Assembly (NCBI GenBank): GCA_024679065.1
Contig: JAGIQG010000024.1
Span: 19,158,001 to 19,222,000, forward strand
DNA length: 64,000 bases
Source: Sphyrna mokarran
Lineage: Eukaryota
Direction: 5' to 3'
The notes under the pieces were generated by a model, which was not told the DNA's origin, ran no database searches, and was given only the letters and a program-made list of their open reading frames with translations. Below are positions 27,601 through 42,600 of the stretch, in pieces. The position numbers and the translations under genes are program-made. Numbering within the stretch: the first letter of the stretch is position 1; every line of letters starts with the position of its first letter.

Positions 27601-30600
27601 ACATCTGTAGATTCTACATGCAAAACCATTCCAGTTGCGGTCGCAGCACCGATCTCATTGGATTCTTTCTCACGAAAGGGGACCAAAATAGTGCGCAGTA
27701 CTCCAGATGCAGTCTCACCTTTGCCCTATACAATTGCAACAACACTTTCCTACTTTAATACTCTATTCCATTAGCAATGAATGTCAAAATTTCATTTATC
27801 TTTCTTATTATCTGCTACACCCCTATGCTAACTTTCTATGATTTATGCATGACGACTCCCAGATCCCTCTGCACAGAGGCTCCTCACCATTTAGGCATCG
27901 CCTGTCAACAGCTTAGGCTGTATTGATTTTTTTTTCCTCCCACTTCTTTCCTTTTTCAATTCAGGCTTTTTTTGACTAAGGAAAAAATTGGCATAGAATG
28001 TTTGGTAATGTGCATGTTAAAAAATGCACTTTCAGAAGCAGATATTGCATTATCTTGCCTCAAAAAGGACATGCAAACAGTCCCAGATCAAGACCCTTTT
28101 TCAAAAATGAGGACTTAATTGAGACATTAAGTTAGCTTTCTTTTTACAGGTAAATACTGACCTGCATTATTCATGCCTTATTTTAGAAAATTTCAGCTTC
28201 GGTTTTCATATTCAAGAAAAGCTCTCAATTGTCTCATTTAAATTGTAAGATTAAGTGGCAGTTTTCTAAATAAAATAAGTCAATCATCTACTAAACTATA
28301 ATAGGAACAGCTGCATAAATGGCTTATCTGATGAAGACAGAATATAAAACATGTTTACAATTTACAGGTTATTCTCCTTTCATATCATGCTAGTGGGAAT
28401 TGCAGATTAGAAAGATAGGTAATAAATATTTAATCTAATTAAAATCACAGAATCAGGAATTTCCCTTGATGGTCTCATGTGCAAATGCAGCACAGAGCCA
28501 TTCAGACCTAAACGTTCCTCTATTTACACAGAGTTAACTCATCTCTGCCAAAGTAGCAGCTGAGTCTTCCGGATGAGTACATGGGATTAAATGGGATTGG
28601 GAGTTACAAATAGCTCTATGGCCTAGTCGATGTGGATATGATCGGTGCAACTTGTGGGCCGAAGGGCCTTGTTGTGCTGTAGTGTTCTAACTGGACTCTG
28701 AATCTTGTGGCAAAAGGAAGAGAAAAAAATTCAGTTGGGGTTTCCCACTACTGCTTACAAACCCACGGTTCGCACTGGGATCCATTACAAACCCAGTTAC
28801 ATGGAAACAGACTATCAACCTTCACTATTTGGATTCTTAGAGTGGCCACTGGTTCAAAGTACACAGAGTAAACAGCTTTTTAAAATGGAGACTCTGTCTC
28901 CTTTGAAGTGGAGGGATTACAAAAGAATAAATCACAGAACTGAGATCCAATATAGACTAGCTTGATGCATTACATACTTCTATTACAAAGCTGAACACAA
29001 GGGTTAAAAGTTAAAAGTTAATTTATTAATCACAATTAGTCTTACATTAACACTGTAATGAAGTTACTGTGAAAATATCCCAGTTGCCACACTCTGGCAC
29101 CTGTTTAGGTACATTGAGGGGAAATTTGACCTGGCCAATGCACCTAACCTGCATACGTTTGGACTGTGGGAGGAAACCCAAGCAAACACAGCGAGAACGT
29201 GAAAACTCCAGACAGTGACCCAAGCTGGGAATTGAACCCGGGTTCCTGGCATTGTGCTAACCACTGTGCCACTCTAAAAAAACTGTAAGTGACAATCTTT
29301 GAGTTTTCCATGCTGCAATTCAGGGCAACAAGAAAAACCAAAGAGAAACGCTATTCTAATCAAGCAGCTGTAAACAGAATGGTGGCAAGCAGGAGTGAGG
29401 TGTGATAAACATCAACAAGAGTAAGAATCACCACAAAAGGGTTCAGAGCTACCAATGAGAAGTAGAGTGTTTACCCGCTGGCTAGGATACACCTGCAGCT
29501 CAGTTTACAAGGAAGTCTCATATCAAAATACACTTTATGGTTTTCCATTACTTTAAAGTAGAATTCTGTTGAAGGAAATTGTAGCTGAAAATAAGCTTTC
29601 ACCTTGAAGGATGTAAAGACGGCTGCTCTCTCAACTGGCCACGTGTTCTGATGGCATTCCTATGATTATTTTAAAACAATATTAACCTATTTAAAATAGG
29701 CAGATCGTTTTTAAACTTGATGTAATAGATATTGAATGATACATCAGCTTGAGGAACTATCAGCCTCCTATTTATTTTTTTACCTTAAAGCATAGACAAA
29801 GGAATATATAGAATCATACAATGCAGAAGAGATTCTTTGGCCCTTTGCATCTGCACCGACATGTGAGAAACACCTGAACTCCCACCGAATCCAATCTACC
29901 AGTGCTTGGCCCATTCCCTCTGGAAGCATATAACGGTTCTCGACATGGACAGTAAGAAGTCTGACAACATCAGGTTTAAATCCAATTGATTTATTTGATA
30001 GTAAACTCACAAGCTTTTGACCCTCTGGTCTTCATCAGGTGAACCAGAGGGTCGAAAGCTTGTGAATTTACCATCAAATAAATTGGTTGGATTTAAACCT
30101 GGTGTTGTCAGACTTCTTACTGTGTTTACCCCAATCCAACTCTACATCTCGATCTGGATATAGGAATATCCAATTCTGATGCAATACTGATGTGACCCAT
30201 TCTTGATGCTATGCATCAGAAGCAAGATATCTGACTCGGGAAGTAAACAGGGTTAAGCTTTTTCCTAGGATGGACTCAAATAGCATGAGGGATCACGGGC
30301 TTAGGGTGAGAGGGATAAGGTATAATTTGGATGCTAGAGGGAGTTTTTTCACAGAGGGTGGTGGGGGTATGGAATGCCAAGTGGTGGAGGCAGGCACTCT
30401 GGAGTTATTTAAGAAATACTTAGATGGGCACATGAACAGAATGGGAATGGAGGGGTATAGAAAACTGATTTAAAATAGGGATCATGAGCCTTGGGAGTCC
30501 CTGGGAAGTGTGTAAATAGATGATGATATTGATGTACTTGTTTTTATCCTACAGGTGCTTTGGTCCACCTTGTTGTCTAACAAGGGGCATACACATGATG

Positions 30601-33600
30601 GGTCGTGAGAGGGCTGCTCTTGGATTTTTTGAGTATCCTAGTGCTTCACGTCGTTAGTGTACGCTTGACCTGGACCATTTGATGGGCAACACGACAGCTC
30701 AGTGACTATCGCTGTGCTGTGCAGATACATGGATTGGGCCTGTGTCTGTGGGAGTTTGCGCATTCTCCCCGTGCTTGCGTGGGTTTTCTCCGGGTGCTCC
30801 GGTTTCCTCCCACATCCCAAAAATGTGCTCTTAGGCTAATTGGCAGAACAAGTTCTCCCTAAATTGTCTCAAATTTGGTTTCAATCTATAGATCTGTAAA
30901 CATAGACAGGGATCACGGGTAGAGGTGGGAACATCGGGGTGGCGGCACAGGCTCGTTGAGCTGAAGGGCCTATTTCCCATGCTGTTTTGTTCTTTGTTCT
31001 TTGAGAACTAGAAGTAACTGCAGTTTCACGGTGCTACTACAAACGTAGATATCTCATTGTTATCGGTAGGAAGATCCTGAACTTCTCAGTCAATGAAGAG
31101 CTAATCTTAATCACAGCATCCTTAAAATCTAAGTGTCTTGCAAGACCACATTTGCAATGCAAAGGATGAACGTATTTGAAAGGAAGGTGCATCCCTCTAT
31201 TACTAAAGCTCTTCAGCAGTGCGCTGTGACCCTTTAAGTTAATAAAGGTAACACTTGTAATACTGCCCAAACACTTCTCTCCAGCTTAACCATTTTGTAC
31301 TAACAGTGAATGCTGCGTACAAAGCATTAATCCACATCATTGAGCTAAGGAGAGAGGAGGAGGAGAAGAAGGAAGATACCACACAACGTCAAAACAGAGT
31401 TCAATGTATACTCTCGATTTGTATTGAAGCCACAGTGACAGCACAAATAGATTACAATATGAAAGTACCTTGCAAACACTAACCTTCTAGTCTATTGCGT
31501 TGTCACTGCAGTCATCATGTTACGTGTAACCAAATCCAATGACCCCTCAACAACTCTTTGCAGTACAAATTTATATGAATAGTCACTATAGAAATCAAAC
31601 TGGCAGATTCCAATTACTGTCATCACCTCCCACACCCACTCCCCAATTTAGAAAGTTGATGGAAAACTCAATTAGATGCTAGTTCTGCCATGTGTTGATA
31701 GGTACAGATGGAGTGGAAGCTGAACTGCTGAATTAGGACAAATCTACTCTGAACAGCAGCTAACTGAGGTTTGTGTTAACAAACTGTGCCTGTGCTGCAA
31801 TGGACAATGCCTTGCATTGCCAAGATGTAATTTCAATTTGCTGCAAGATTTCCCATCTTGTAAAAATGACTCAATACAGTGACTGCATCATGCAACGATA
31901 TCAAGGCTTCACGTTCCATCTCTGGTTTGTTTAGCAAGCTGATTTCAGCTGGAGATCATAAACTCTCTACAGTGCAGAAGGAGGCCATGCAATCCTTCAT
32001 GTCTGCACCAATCCTCCAATAGAGCATCTTACCCAGGCCCATACATTTATCCCACTAATTTCCCTATACATCTTTAGACACTATGGAACAATTTAGCATA
32101 GTCAAGCCAGCTAATCTGCATACCATTGGATTGTGGGAGGAAAACAGAGTACCAAGAGGCAACCCACACAGGATCACCCAAGGCTGCAATTTAACCCAGG
32201 TCCCCAACATGAGGCAGCAGCACTAAGCACTATGCCACCATGCTGTCCCAATGCTAACAGATTGAACAGCTAGCCTTTAGACTTCTGAGCTGAGGAGGGG
32301 AAAAATAAATGAGAGCTGTGTTTCTTTATTGTCATTTATATTGAATTGAATTCTGAAGACTTAGTTGTGATATAGAGCGATGGCACCATATCCCAGCAAC
32401 AGCCTTCAAAACAAAAAAAAGTAGAAACTGATGTCTGCCATACTGTAGCAGTAGGATTTAAATTGAGGGCAGACATTTTATCTAAAGGGCAATTACAAAA
32501 ATATCATTGGACCAATCAACTTAAGTTACTGTATGATTACAGAACAGCAGACGCAGAGGTTTAGGAATACTCCAACAATTTCTACCAGAGGTAGAAAAGC
32601 TGTAGAGCAACAGTCAACCTACACAAGAAGAGAAACTGGCAAGCGGTTGGAAAGCAGCAGCAGCCCACTTGATCAGTACCCCAGCCACCACTGAAAGCGT
32701 TTGCCCCATTCAACAGCAGCTCAGTGTAACAGAAGTGCATCATTCATAAGATATACTAGCAACTTATCAAGGATTCTTCAACAGAAATTCTGAACCTCCA
32801 ACTTTTACCATCAGAAGGGCAAGGGCAGCAGTTCTTGCCAACATCATCAGCTGCAAGCTCTTCCTAAGTCATATAATACCCTGACTTGGAAAATATGTCA
32901 CCATTGGGTTATAATTTTGGAACTTCCTACATAACAGCACTTTGGGAGCACCTTCATCACACAGAATACACCAGTTCAAGGCAGTGGCTTCTCAGGGACA
33001 GCTAGGAATGGGCAATAAACATCATCATTGCCACTGGCGCACACAGCCCAGACTAATAATAAAGTAACAAGACAGGCCATTAGGAATTTCAAAGTACATC
33101 ATTATTATGAGATATTGATGGTGTAATCTGTTGCACTCTGCAACCACAGATATTAACATCCAGGGGAAGACAATTAGAAGAAATAAATATCATGACCAAT
33201 TTCAGAGAAATTTGAGGGGAAATTCCTTCTCAACTCTTCAAGGCAATTAAGCAAGCTCAGAAGATCATGCTAATGCAACATAATCCCTAGGTGTACATAA
33301 CCAACACACTCAATCCCATGAGTGTTTGAGAAGTTATGTTAAACATTCTCATTGACTACTTTCAAATTGAATTGAGACATCATTAGTTATTATGGTAATT
33401 TCCCATTTTTTTCAAACTAAATAGCTTTTCAATTGTGAGGAATAGGCAAAGCATTAGAGGGAAATGAGAAATAAGTTGTTGCCTCAAACACCAATAGGGA
33501 CACATGAACAAACAGATAAAGAACTGCTGTCCATCCAGCCTATCCCACACAATTATGTTAATTTTTGCATCACAGTGTATACACTCTCAGTTTAGTTTAA

Positions 33601-36600
33601 TTTTCAAAGAAAATAGATGAACAGATGGGCTTTCCTAGTCCTCCTTCAATCCTGCTACTGAATTTCCAATTCTTTTTCATTTCACTAGGCTACTTAATCC
33701 TAGAACATTAAAACTGCAGAATCTTCCCTTGCTCTCCACAGCCAGTTTAAAGCTGAGTTGATTTATTGTTGTCACATTAATACTGCAACAAAGTTACTGT
33801 GAAAATCCCTTAACTGTCACACTCTGCTGCCTGTTTGGGTACAGGGAAAGAGAATTTAGCATTTCCAATGTACCTAACCAGCATGTTTTTTGGATCGAGG
33901 GGGGAAACTGGAGCACTAGGAGGAAACCCACACAGACAGTGTCTCAAGCAGGTTATTCAAACCTGGATCCCTGGCGCTGAGAGGCAGTAATGCTAGCCAC
34001 TGTGCCACCACACCCCCCAAACTTGAATTCAACTAACAAGACCACTTAATATATTTTCTAGGGGATTTTCACAGTAACTTCGTTGCAATGTTAATGCAAG
34101 CCTACTCGTGACACAAATTTTTGACTTTTCTGATATTTATAAACTTTATGACATTATAGCATGACATTTTAGATGGTAGCTGTGATACATTTGTCTAAGA
34201 CTTGGACAATCATGTGTTCATGTCCCACTCTAGGGCACTTGAACACAAAATCTGAGCTGATACTCAGGACTGAGGAGCCAAAGCGGCTGTTTGTTGAATC
34301 ATTTGCACACACCTGTCCCCTCACCTGGGAGCAAAAGCTCCTGTGGCAACATATTGAATTACAGCAGGGAGCATTCTCCCGAGTGCTCTGGCCAATATTT
34401 ATCCCTCAATCATCACTTAAAAAAATTGCAGATTATGACATTTACAGGAGTTTGCTGCATACAAATTAGCTACTGCTTTACAACAGCAATGACATAAAAT
34501 AGCACATCATTTATATAAGGAGTTTTGGAGTTCCAGAGGTTGTGAAAGACGCTCTATAAATATAGATGCCAAAGGGAAACTATTGCGCATGCTGAAAATC
34601 TAGTATCAAAACAGCTGCTCAAAATGCAGCATTTGGAAAGACCAAATGCAGATTGTGTGACTGCTTTGCAGAATTTCTCCATTTGGTTCATAAACTTCTA
34701 ATAATATGCCATTTTAATTCTCTGCCTCACTCCCATCCTATTGTCCTGTCCTCAGCCCCATACACTATTCCAAGAAAGTTTATTGGAAAACACTACTTAT
34801 GCACTGTAGAATCTTCTAGAATAAACACCAATTTTAATAATTTCTGATCATGAGCGCAGCATTCATTCTTTTTCAGACAACAAATGCCAGTAATCATTCT
34901 GCTAGTAACTCCACTTTCTTGCCTGCCTCCCCATAACACTCAGCTCCCACACTGTTCAAAAATCTGATTAACTCAGCCCTGAATATATTCAGCGACTCAG
35001 CGTCCACTGCTTTCTGTGGAAGAGAATTCCGAAGAGTAAAGACCCTCAGAAGAGAAAAAAATTCTCACCTCCACCTTAAATGGGAACTCCTTATTCTTAA
35101 AACTGATTCTCCCGTGAGAGGAGAATCTACTATCTCAAGCCTTCTCAGAATCCTCTGAGTTTCAATAAGATTACTTCTCAATCTTCTAAACAGAGTATAA
35201 GCCCAGCTTGCTCAACTTTTTCTCACAAGACAACTCCATCACAGGAATCAACTTCGTGAACCTTCTTTGAATGTCTTCCAATGCACGTGTATCCCCCTAC
35301 CCCCCTCAGATTATACACACTACTCCAGGTGCAGTTACACCAACACCCTGCACAGTTGTAGCAAGATTTTCCTACTTTTATATTCCATTCCGCCTTGAAA
35401 TATAGGCGGACATTCAAACCACCTTCTTTATTATTTGCTGTATGGGCATGCTAATTTTTTGAAAGTCCTGTACAATAATGCACAGATCCCTCTGTAACTG
35501 CAGTATTCTGCAGTGTTTTTGACTAATATTCCGCCTTTCTATTCTTTCTGCCAAAGTGGACAACCTCATATTTTCCCCACATTGTACTCCCACTTGCTAA
35601 ATTTTTGCTAACGCAGTTATTATCTCTTACTTTCCTACCAATTAGCAACAAACTCAACTGCAGTATAGTTGATTCCTTCATCCGAGTCGTTAATATAGAT
35701 CACAAATAATTGAGGCCCCAATGCTGACCCCTGTGACATTGTTAATTGCAATTTTCTAACCCAAAATAACTTTCCCAAAGGTAGCACCTTATAACCAATT
35801 TTGAATTGTAGTTGTTTTGCAATACAGAAAACGTGGTTGTTAATTTGTACAAGCTACCAGAAATAGCAACATAATAATGACCAGATAAGTAACATACAGC
35901 ACAGCGGTTAATTCCCTGATCAACTTCAAAAGAGTGTCGGAGGATCTTACAGCTGAAAGATCAGACAGAGCCTCAGTTTAAAGTCTAATCCAAAAGATGG
36001 CTCCTACAGCAATGTAGCTCTCCCTCAGTGCTGAAGTGGGAGCATCTTTCTAGATTTCTCAAAGGTCGGATGTGAAGAAGAACTGCTTCTACAGCAATGG
36101 ATGCTGTAGGATCTGCTGAATATTTCCAGCAAAGAGTTTCTTTCTTTAAAATACATGTTTTTCACCACACAGGTTCTCTATTCCAATTGGTAGGTACAAA
36201 TGTTGACTACCTTTTGGAAAGAATTAATCCACTCCATTGCAGAAGGAGTCATAACTAGAGAAGAAATCACTTGCTTTGATGATTTGCTCAATGACTGCCT
36301 TCACCTTTTTTAGATATGGTTTTAGAAAATTCTTTCATGGGATGTGTGCATCACTGGCGAGGCTAGCATTTGTTATCCATCTCAAATTGCTCTTGAGAAG
36401 GTGACAGTGAGTCAGTTAAACTGCTGCACTACATAGAACATAGAACATTACAGCACAGAACAGGCCCTTCGGCCTTCGATGTTGTGCCGACCAAAATAAA
36501 AAGCAATGCCCCTCCAAACTAAACCATTCCCTTCTCTTCCATATACTTATCAATTAACCTCTTAAACGCCACCAAACTTGGCGCATCTACGACAGCTGCA

Positions 36601-39600
36601 GGCAGGGCATTCCATTCCCTAATCACTCTTTGAGTAAAGATAAGCATAGCATATAAACATCTAGCATAGGTACAACCACAGTGCTGTTAGGACAGGAGTT
36701 CCAGGATTCTGACCCAGCAATGGTGAAGTATAGTGACATAATTCCAAGTCTAAAGGCAGTGGTGTTCTCCAGAGGTTGTTCGAACAATGCATTAATAACG
36801 CAAGGCATAGTGTTAAACTTTTAGAATAATCTGAACAAGTGAATTATAGTAAACAATGAGGCCAGTAACAACTCCAGAATATAAACAGACTTGCGAAATG
36901 GGCAAACATATGACAGATGGGATTTAACACAGAAGTGCAAAATGCTACATTTTGCTAGGAAGTAAGGCAATATGAACTAAATCATCCAAACATAAGGGGA
37001 TGCAGGAAGAGATTTGAACATATATTTTAACAAAGGGGAGATGGTAGTGTAGTGATAATGTCATTGGCCCAGACCCAGGCTAATAGTCTGGGTACAGGGA
37101 TTCAAAACCCATTACGACACATCGTGAAATTTAAATTCAATTCATAAAATCTGGAATAGAAAGCGAGTCTCAGTAATGGGGTGACCATGACAATTATGAT
37201 CAATTGTTGCAAAAACCCATCTGGTTCACTAGTGTCTTTAAGGGAAGGAAACCTGCCATCCTTTACTGGTCTGGCCAACTGTGGCTGTTTCTGAACTGCC
37301 TTCTAAAATGAAAACAGAAAATGCTGGAAAATCTCAGCAGGCCTGACAGCATCTGTGAAGAGAAAATAGAACCAATGTTTTGAATCATATCACCCTTAGT
37401 CAGAGCTGAAGGGTCATCTATCCTCCCCCCACAGATGCTATCAGACTGCTGAGTTTTCCAGCATTTTCCTGTTTTCGTTTCAGATTCCAGTGTTCAGGTC
37501 TGGCAAGTCACTCAGTTCAAGGCAATTAGGATGGCTTGCCAATGACACCCTGGAAAAAAGTCAAACAAATCTCTGACCGTGGCAACATAAGTTGAGAAAT
37601 CTGAAGAAAATTCAAGATTCTTGGCTTGATTAGTGGAGGAATGAAGAACAAATACATGGAGATTACGCTAAAGCTGTTTGGGTCTCAGCTGGAATATTGT
37701 GCTCAATTTTGGGAACGACACTTTCAAAGGAACCCCAAGGCCTTGGAGAAGTTGCAGATTTAATAAAATTGAGAGACTCAATTGTGTGTAGAGCCTGGAG
37801 AAGCTTCAGTTGTTTATGGTTGAATTCAATAGAGGTATGCAAAATCAAGAACAGCTTCCATTAGGGTAAAAGAGAAACTGTATGCAGTAGCAGATCGGCC
37901 AGCAATCAGTGGACACAGATTTAAGGTTTTTGACCACTTTCAAAAGAGAATAAGATAGCTGCTTAAAGGGAAGAAACACAAAGGGATAGGAAGACAGAAC
38001 TAGATGCATATGACTAATTGGACAACTCTGTCAAAGTGCTGATATTGGCATGATGGGTCAACAGGATTCTAATTAATGAATGGACCCACTCAAATGTGAA
38101 AACACTTTCTCTCTACATTGACTCTGCTCATTAAACTTGAATCTTATTTTCATGATTGTTCATTCTTGCTGGGATATAATTCCAGCCCTCTCATAAGTTA
38201 CCAGAGCAGTACTCTTCAGATGAGGTGGTAAATATGGACAGCTGTTCAGCAATCCAGTTTCCATCCAAAGACCTTACACACAACATCCAACAGACACTAC
38301 TGGGAAGGATCAACTGTTTTTCTGTGAACAGTTGTGAAATTTCAAACAGTTTGCACTGATTGAATCAGTTTTCACTTAAGCCAATAAAATTTACATCGGG
38401 GCACAGTGAGATAAATAATTTAAACTTCTGATGTGTTACAAACTATGCTTTAATTTTTTTCCCAGTTTCTTACCTGCAGACGTTTCCTTGAACTTTTCAC
38501 TCGTTTTCTTTTTCCGCCATTTCCATGGTTTGAATATTTTCCCAAATCCCGGAAACTTTCCTCTTCTCCGTGCAATAGGTGTGTCTGAGCCAGAGACGTC
38601 ATTCTCCGAGCCCACTGGCGGAAGCTGCTCCCCTTCCTCAGCTGCACAGTCATTGGAAGAGAAAATAAAACTCAATTAAATTCCGGGGTGCAAAATGAGG
38701 GATTAGAATTAAACAACAAAGCAAGTAGCATCAAGCTATGGAGTATTGGTTTCCAGTTCTTAAATAGCCTTACATAAAGCAACATCAATCAGACCCCACT
38801 GGTGCATAGGGAATATCTGTTAGTTACTTGTGAATAATGTTATGGGGGTGGGGAGGGAAACAGAGGGGGAGGCTGGGGAAGAGCGAACTTGCTGGAGGGG
38901 GTGGATGGGTTGGGGGAGAGTGAACGCAAGGGGGGAAGGCTGAGGAAACTGGGAGTGGGGTGGAAAAGCACACCAAATGGTGCACTAAATGGAAGGGTGG
39001 GATAGAGACAGAGAGAAATGGGAAAGCTGGGAAGAGAGAAACGCAAATGAGGAGAGAGAAAGGGGATGGAGAGAATTGGAGAAAGGGAAGTGGAGATAAA
39101 AGGAGAGAAAGGCAGGGAGGTGAGAGAAAAAAGGGCAGAGAAAATGGATCAGGAAAGGGGAGAACAAAGACAACAAGAAAAGCAAAGGAGAAAGGAGATA
39201 AGGCACTGGATTCCAAATAAGCTTTCCAAATCCAGCCTAAGATTATGGGGCACCCATTTCTATCATCAATTTGAAGACTCCTTGGCAAAATGGATTCTCA
39301 GAAATACCCGGTTCGCTTTATGTACTGCCCAATAGGTCCGAGACACGTGGCTTGGGAACCCTTGTATCCAAGCACTCCGGAATGCTTGATTTAAAACATA
39401 CAACTACTATTCTTCTTTTGTTTGCTTTTTTTACGTGCAAGATAAACTACTGGCCAGAGATTTCATTAGCAACTCAAAAACCTCTTTCGCCAATTCATTG
39501 TAATCAAATTGATGGACAGGCTGTGAACTCTTGCACACATCACTCTTTTGTTATTTCGTTTATTTTTCCATTTGAGAAGAACCATATAAACAATTCTTCT

Positions 39601-42600
39601 TACTCTACTCTTCAATATGCCATACAATAAATCCCTGCTTGGGTCACTGTCTGTGTGAAGTCTGCACGTTCTCCCCGTGTCTGCGTGTGTTTCTTCTGGG
39701 TGCTCCGGTTTCGAAGAACAAAGAACACCACAGTCCAAAAAATGTGCTGATTAGGTGCATTGCCCATGCTAAATTCTCTGTGTACCTGAACAGGCATCGG
39801 AACATGGCGACCAGGGGATTTTTCACAGTAACTTCATTGCAGTGTTAATGTAAGCGTCGTGACAATAATAAACAAACTTTTAAATCAGGCGCAAAAAAAA
39901 GTCAAAATTTGAATCATAGCTGGGTGGTATAGTGGCACAGTAGTTAGCACTGCTGCCTCAGTGCAGGTTCAATTCCTAGCTTGGGTTATTGTCTGTGTGG
40001 AGTTTGCATGTTCTCCCCATGTCTGCGTGGGTTTCTTCCAGGTGCTCAAGTTTCCTCCCATGATCTGAAAGACGTGCTGGTTAGGTACATTGATCAGAAC
40101 AGGTACCAGAGTGTGGTGACTAGCGAAATTTCACAGCAACTTCATTGCAGCGTAAATGTAAGCCTCACTTGTGATTAATAAATAAACTTTACTTTATATA
40201 CATAGAACTTAGCGATCCAAGGTGTAGCAGATTCTCCTTAAAGTTTAACTCAATGAAATGAGAACCTAGTGAGATGATGAGAAACTTGGATTTTCACCTT
40301 GCAAAAGGCTGTTCAGGTGACATGACATCTTCATGGAGCAGCAGATTTTCAGTTTCAGGATTACAGAATGACATACAGCAGCCTACTTGCCCTTTGCTCC
40401 TGTTTTAAACATGGTCCAAGAGCAGCAGTTCAGAATTTGGCTGAAGGAAAACATCTGTTCACGTTTCCATGATCTAAAAGACCATCATGGAAAGTAAGCA
40501 TTTGTTGGCAGTCAAGATCAGTCAAAGTTAAATTGTTTCTGACCTCACATATGCACTAGGTGTTAGGATGTTTAAAACAGAATTAAAATAAGCTCTGCCA
40601 ACAATCCCAGACAAAAAGGAAAGGCCTGATGAACTGATTAAACAAAACTGTGGCAGATGGAGTTCAATTACAGGAAGTGTGAGGTCATATGCTTTGAATT
40701 CAAGAATGATAAATCTTCTAAAAACCAAAGGATTAGGAACATTGAAGAAGTGAAGGGTTTGGGCACTTACCCACACCAGTCATTAAAAGGCAGCAGACAG
40801 GTAGGAAAGGAGGTAGGAATAGTTAGGCTCAAAAATGTATGGATTACACAGATTGGCCACGTTAAACCGTCCCGTAGTGTCAGGGGAACTAGCTAGGGTA
40901 CAAGCATGGGATTATGGGGTTAGGGCCTGGGTTGGATTTGGGCAGTGCAGATTCAATGGACTGAATGGCCTCCTTCTGCACTGTAGGGCTTTATGATTCT
41001 AAGTAGAAGAGAGGAAATTATGTGTCAGAGCTTTGGTTAGACTCCACTAATGGAATGCTGCACTCATGTTTGGGCACAAAACCTTGAAAAACAAGTTTGC
41101 CTTGAGGGGGCATAGCATGGACTGATTGATACTGTGCATCTGATGAAGTTAAATTATGAGGATAGGTTGCATTAACCTGGCTTATATTTTTCACCATAAA
41201 GGCTGAGGAGTGATCCAATCAATTCACTTAAAAAGATAAAATGAGTTGATAGGATAGATAGAGATGACTGCACCCAGTGGGAAATTCAGGACAAAGGGAC
41301 CAAAAAAAAGCTTGGTTATTCAGGAGCAAAATCAGGAAGCATATTCTCCCACAAAGGGCAATGGAAAACTCTACCCTAAAAAACAGTGGCTTACAGAGCA
41401 ATTAAAATGTTCAACTCAAACTGATAGATTTTGGAGGGGAGGGGTGGGGAGGAGATAGTGATGGGTAAGAAAGGAGTTGAAAGGGAGGGGAGTAGAAAGA
41501 GCAATTGAAACAACTATCTATTGGGTAAACTGAGTCAAATTTTATATAGAATGCACAGTTGCAGAAATAGGCCATTCAATCCAACTGGTCCGAGTAGAAC
41601 TTTATGCTCCTTGAGCCCCCTTTACCCTACTTTATCCTACCATATCAAGATCTCTTGCTACAACAAGAACAGAGTACACTGGAAAACATCGGGAGGTCCC
41701 CCAGTGTCTATTAGGAGGAAAACAGTTAATGTTTTGAGTCCTTAAACTCTTCAAAGAGTCCAAGCATCCTTTTGTTTCAGATTTCAGCATTCAGTACTCA
41801 GTATTTTGCTTACTTCAGCACCTACTTTTTCTCAAAAGAGTAGGAAATCCAATATACGCAAATTATTCACAAGGGTTTTGACCAGAAAGGTCACTTTTAC
41901 ACATCAACAAAAATTCACTGTCCTTGTAAATAATTTTTGAAAAGATGTTCAACACTACGGAAAACATCCAGCAAAGAAACTTCTCCATCAAAATAGAGGT
42001 TTCTTTATACATGATTATGTCCTTTGTATTAAGAGTCAACTAAAGCAGGGTGGGGCATCTTCTACTTATTCAAGTGGCTGACTGAATTTTGAAAGGTATA
42101 AAGTCTCAGTCAATCCAGCAAAGATTTAAGTTAAACATAAGTAAAGAGGTTTTCTTCTATACAGAAAAGCTGTTTAATGAACATTCTCCATTCTTAGTTT
42201 TCCGCAATCGAACTCAAAAGGTTCTTAGAACTATCCGCTATGTAAATTTACTCTTGGCAAGTATTTCCTGATATTTTTAAACACATCAAGAAAAGGGGAC
42301 ACCTCTATGTAAGCCATTCCTCAGGGTTGTTTGTGGAGGCATTCACAGTCTGGTTCTGTGAATTGAACTGCTGTGATGCAAATTTCCTCAGTGCTGTGCA
42401 TTGCCACTTCAAAACTCTCAAGCTACCATTGCAGCAAGATCAGAAAGATCATTGTGATTCCAAACTTAAGACAAAATTTCAGCCTAATTACCATCGCTCT
42501 TCAATTATGTTTGGTCCCCTTTACGCAGGGCACCCAGTAGATTGTACACCTTTAAACAGGTGACAGGTCAAATCCCACATTGAGGGCCATCCAATTTTTG

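Noticed and set aside
29949-30123. pre-miRNA or DNA-transposon MITE interpretation of the hairpins
   Set aside because: Fold-back points and arm lengths differ between copies, there is a one-sided 3' extension, and the arm is contiguous with a Penelope-like ORF end at 59.6 kb.
38824-39335. Hydrophobic and basic ORFs (154 aa and others)
   Set aside because: Translations of the purine-rich low-complexity tract.
40765-40785. Minus-strand ATG ACT GGT GTG G|GTAAGT as a phase-1 first exon
   Set aside because: Lies antisense within a decayed CR1 coding remnant; likely chance. The MGQ exon is far better supported.
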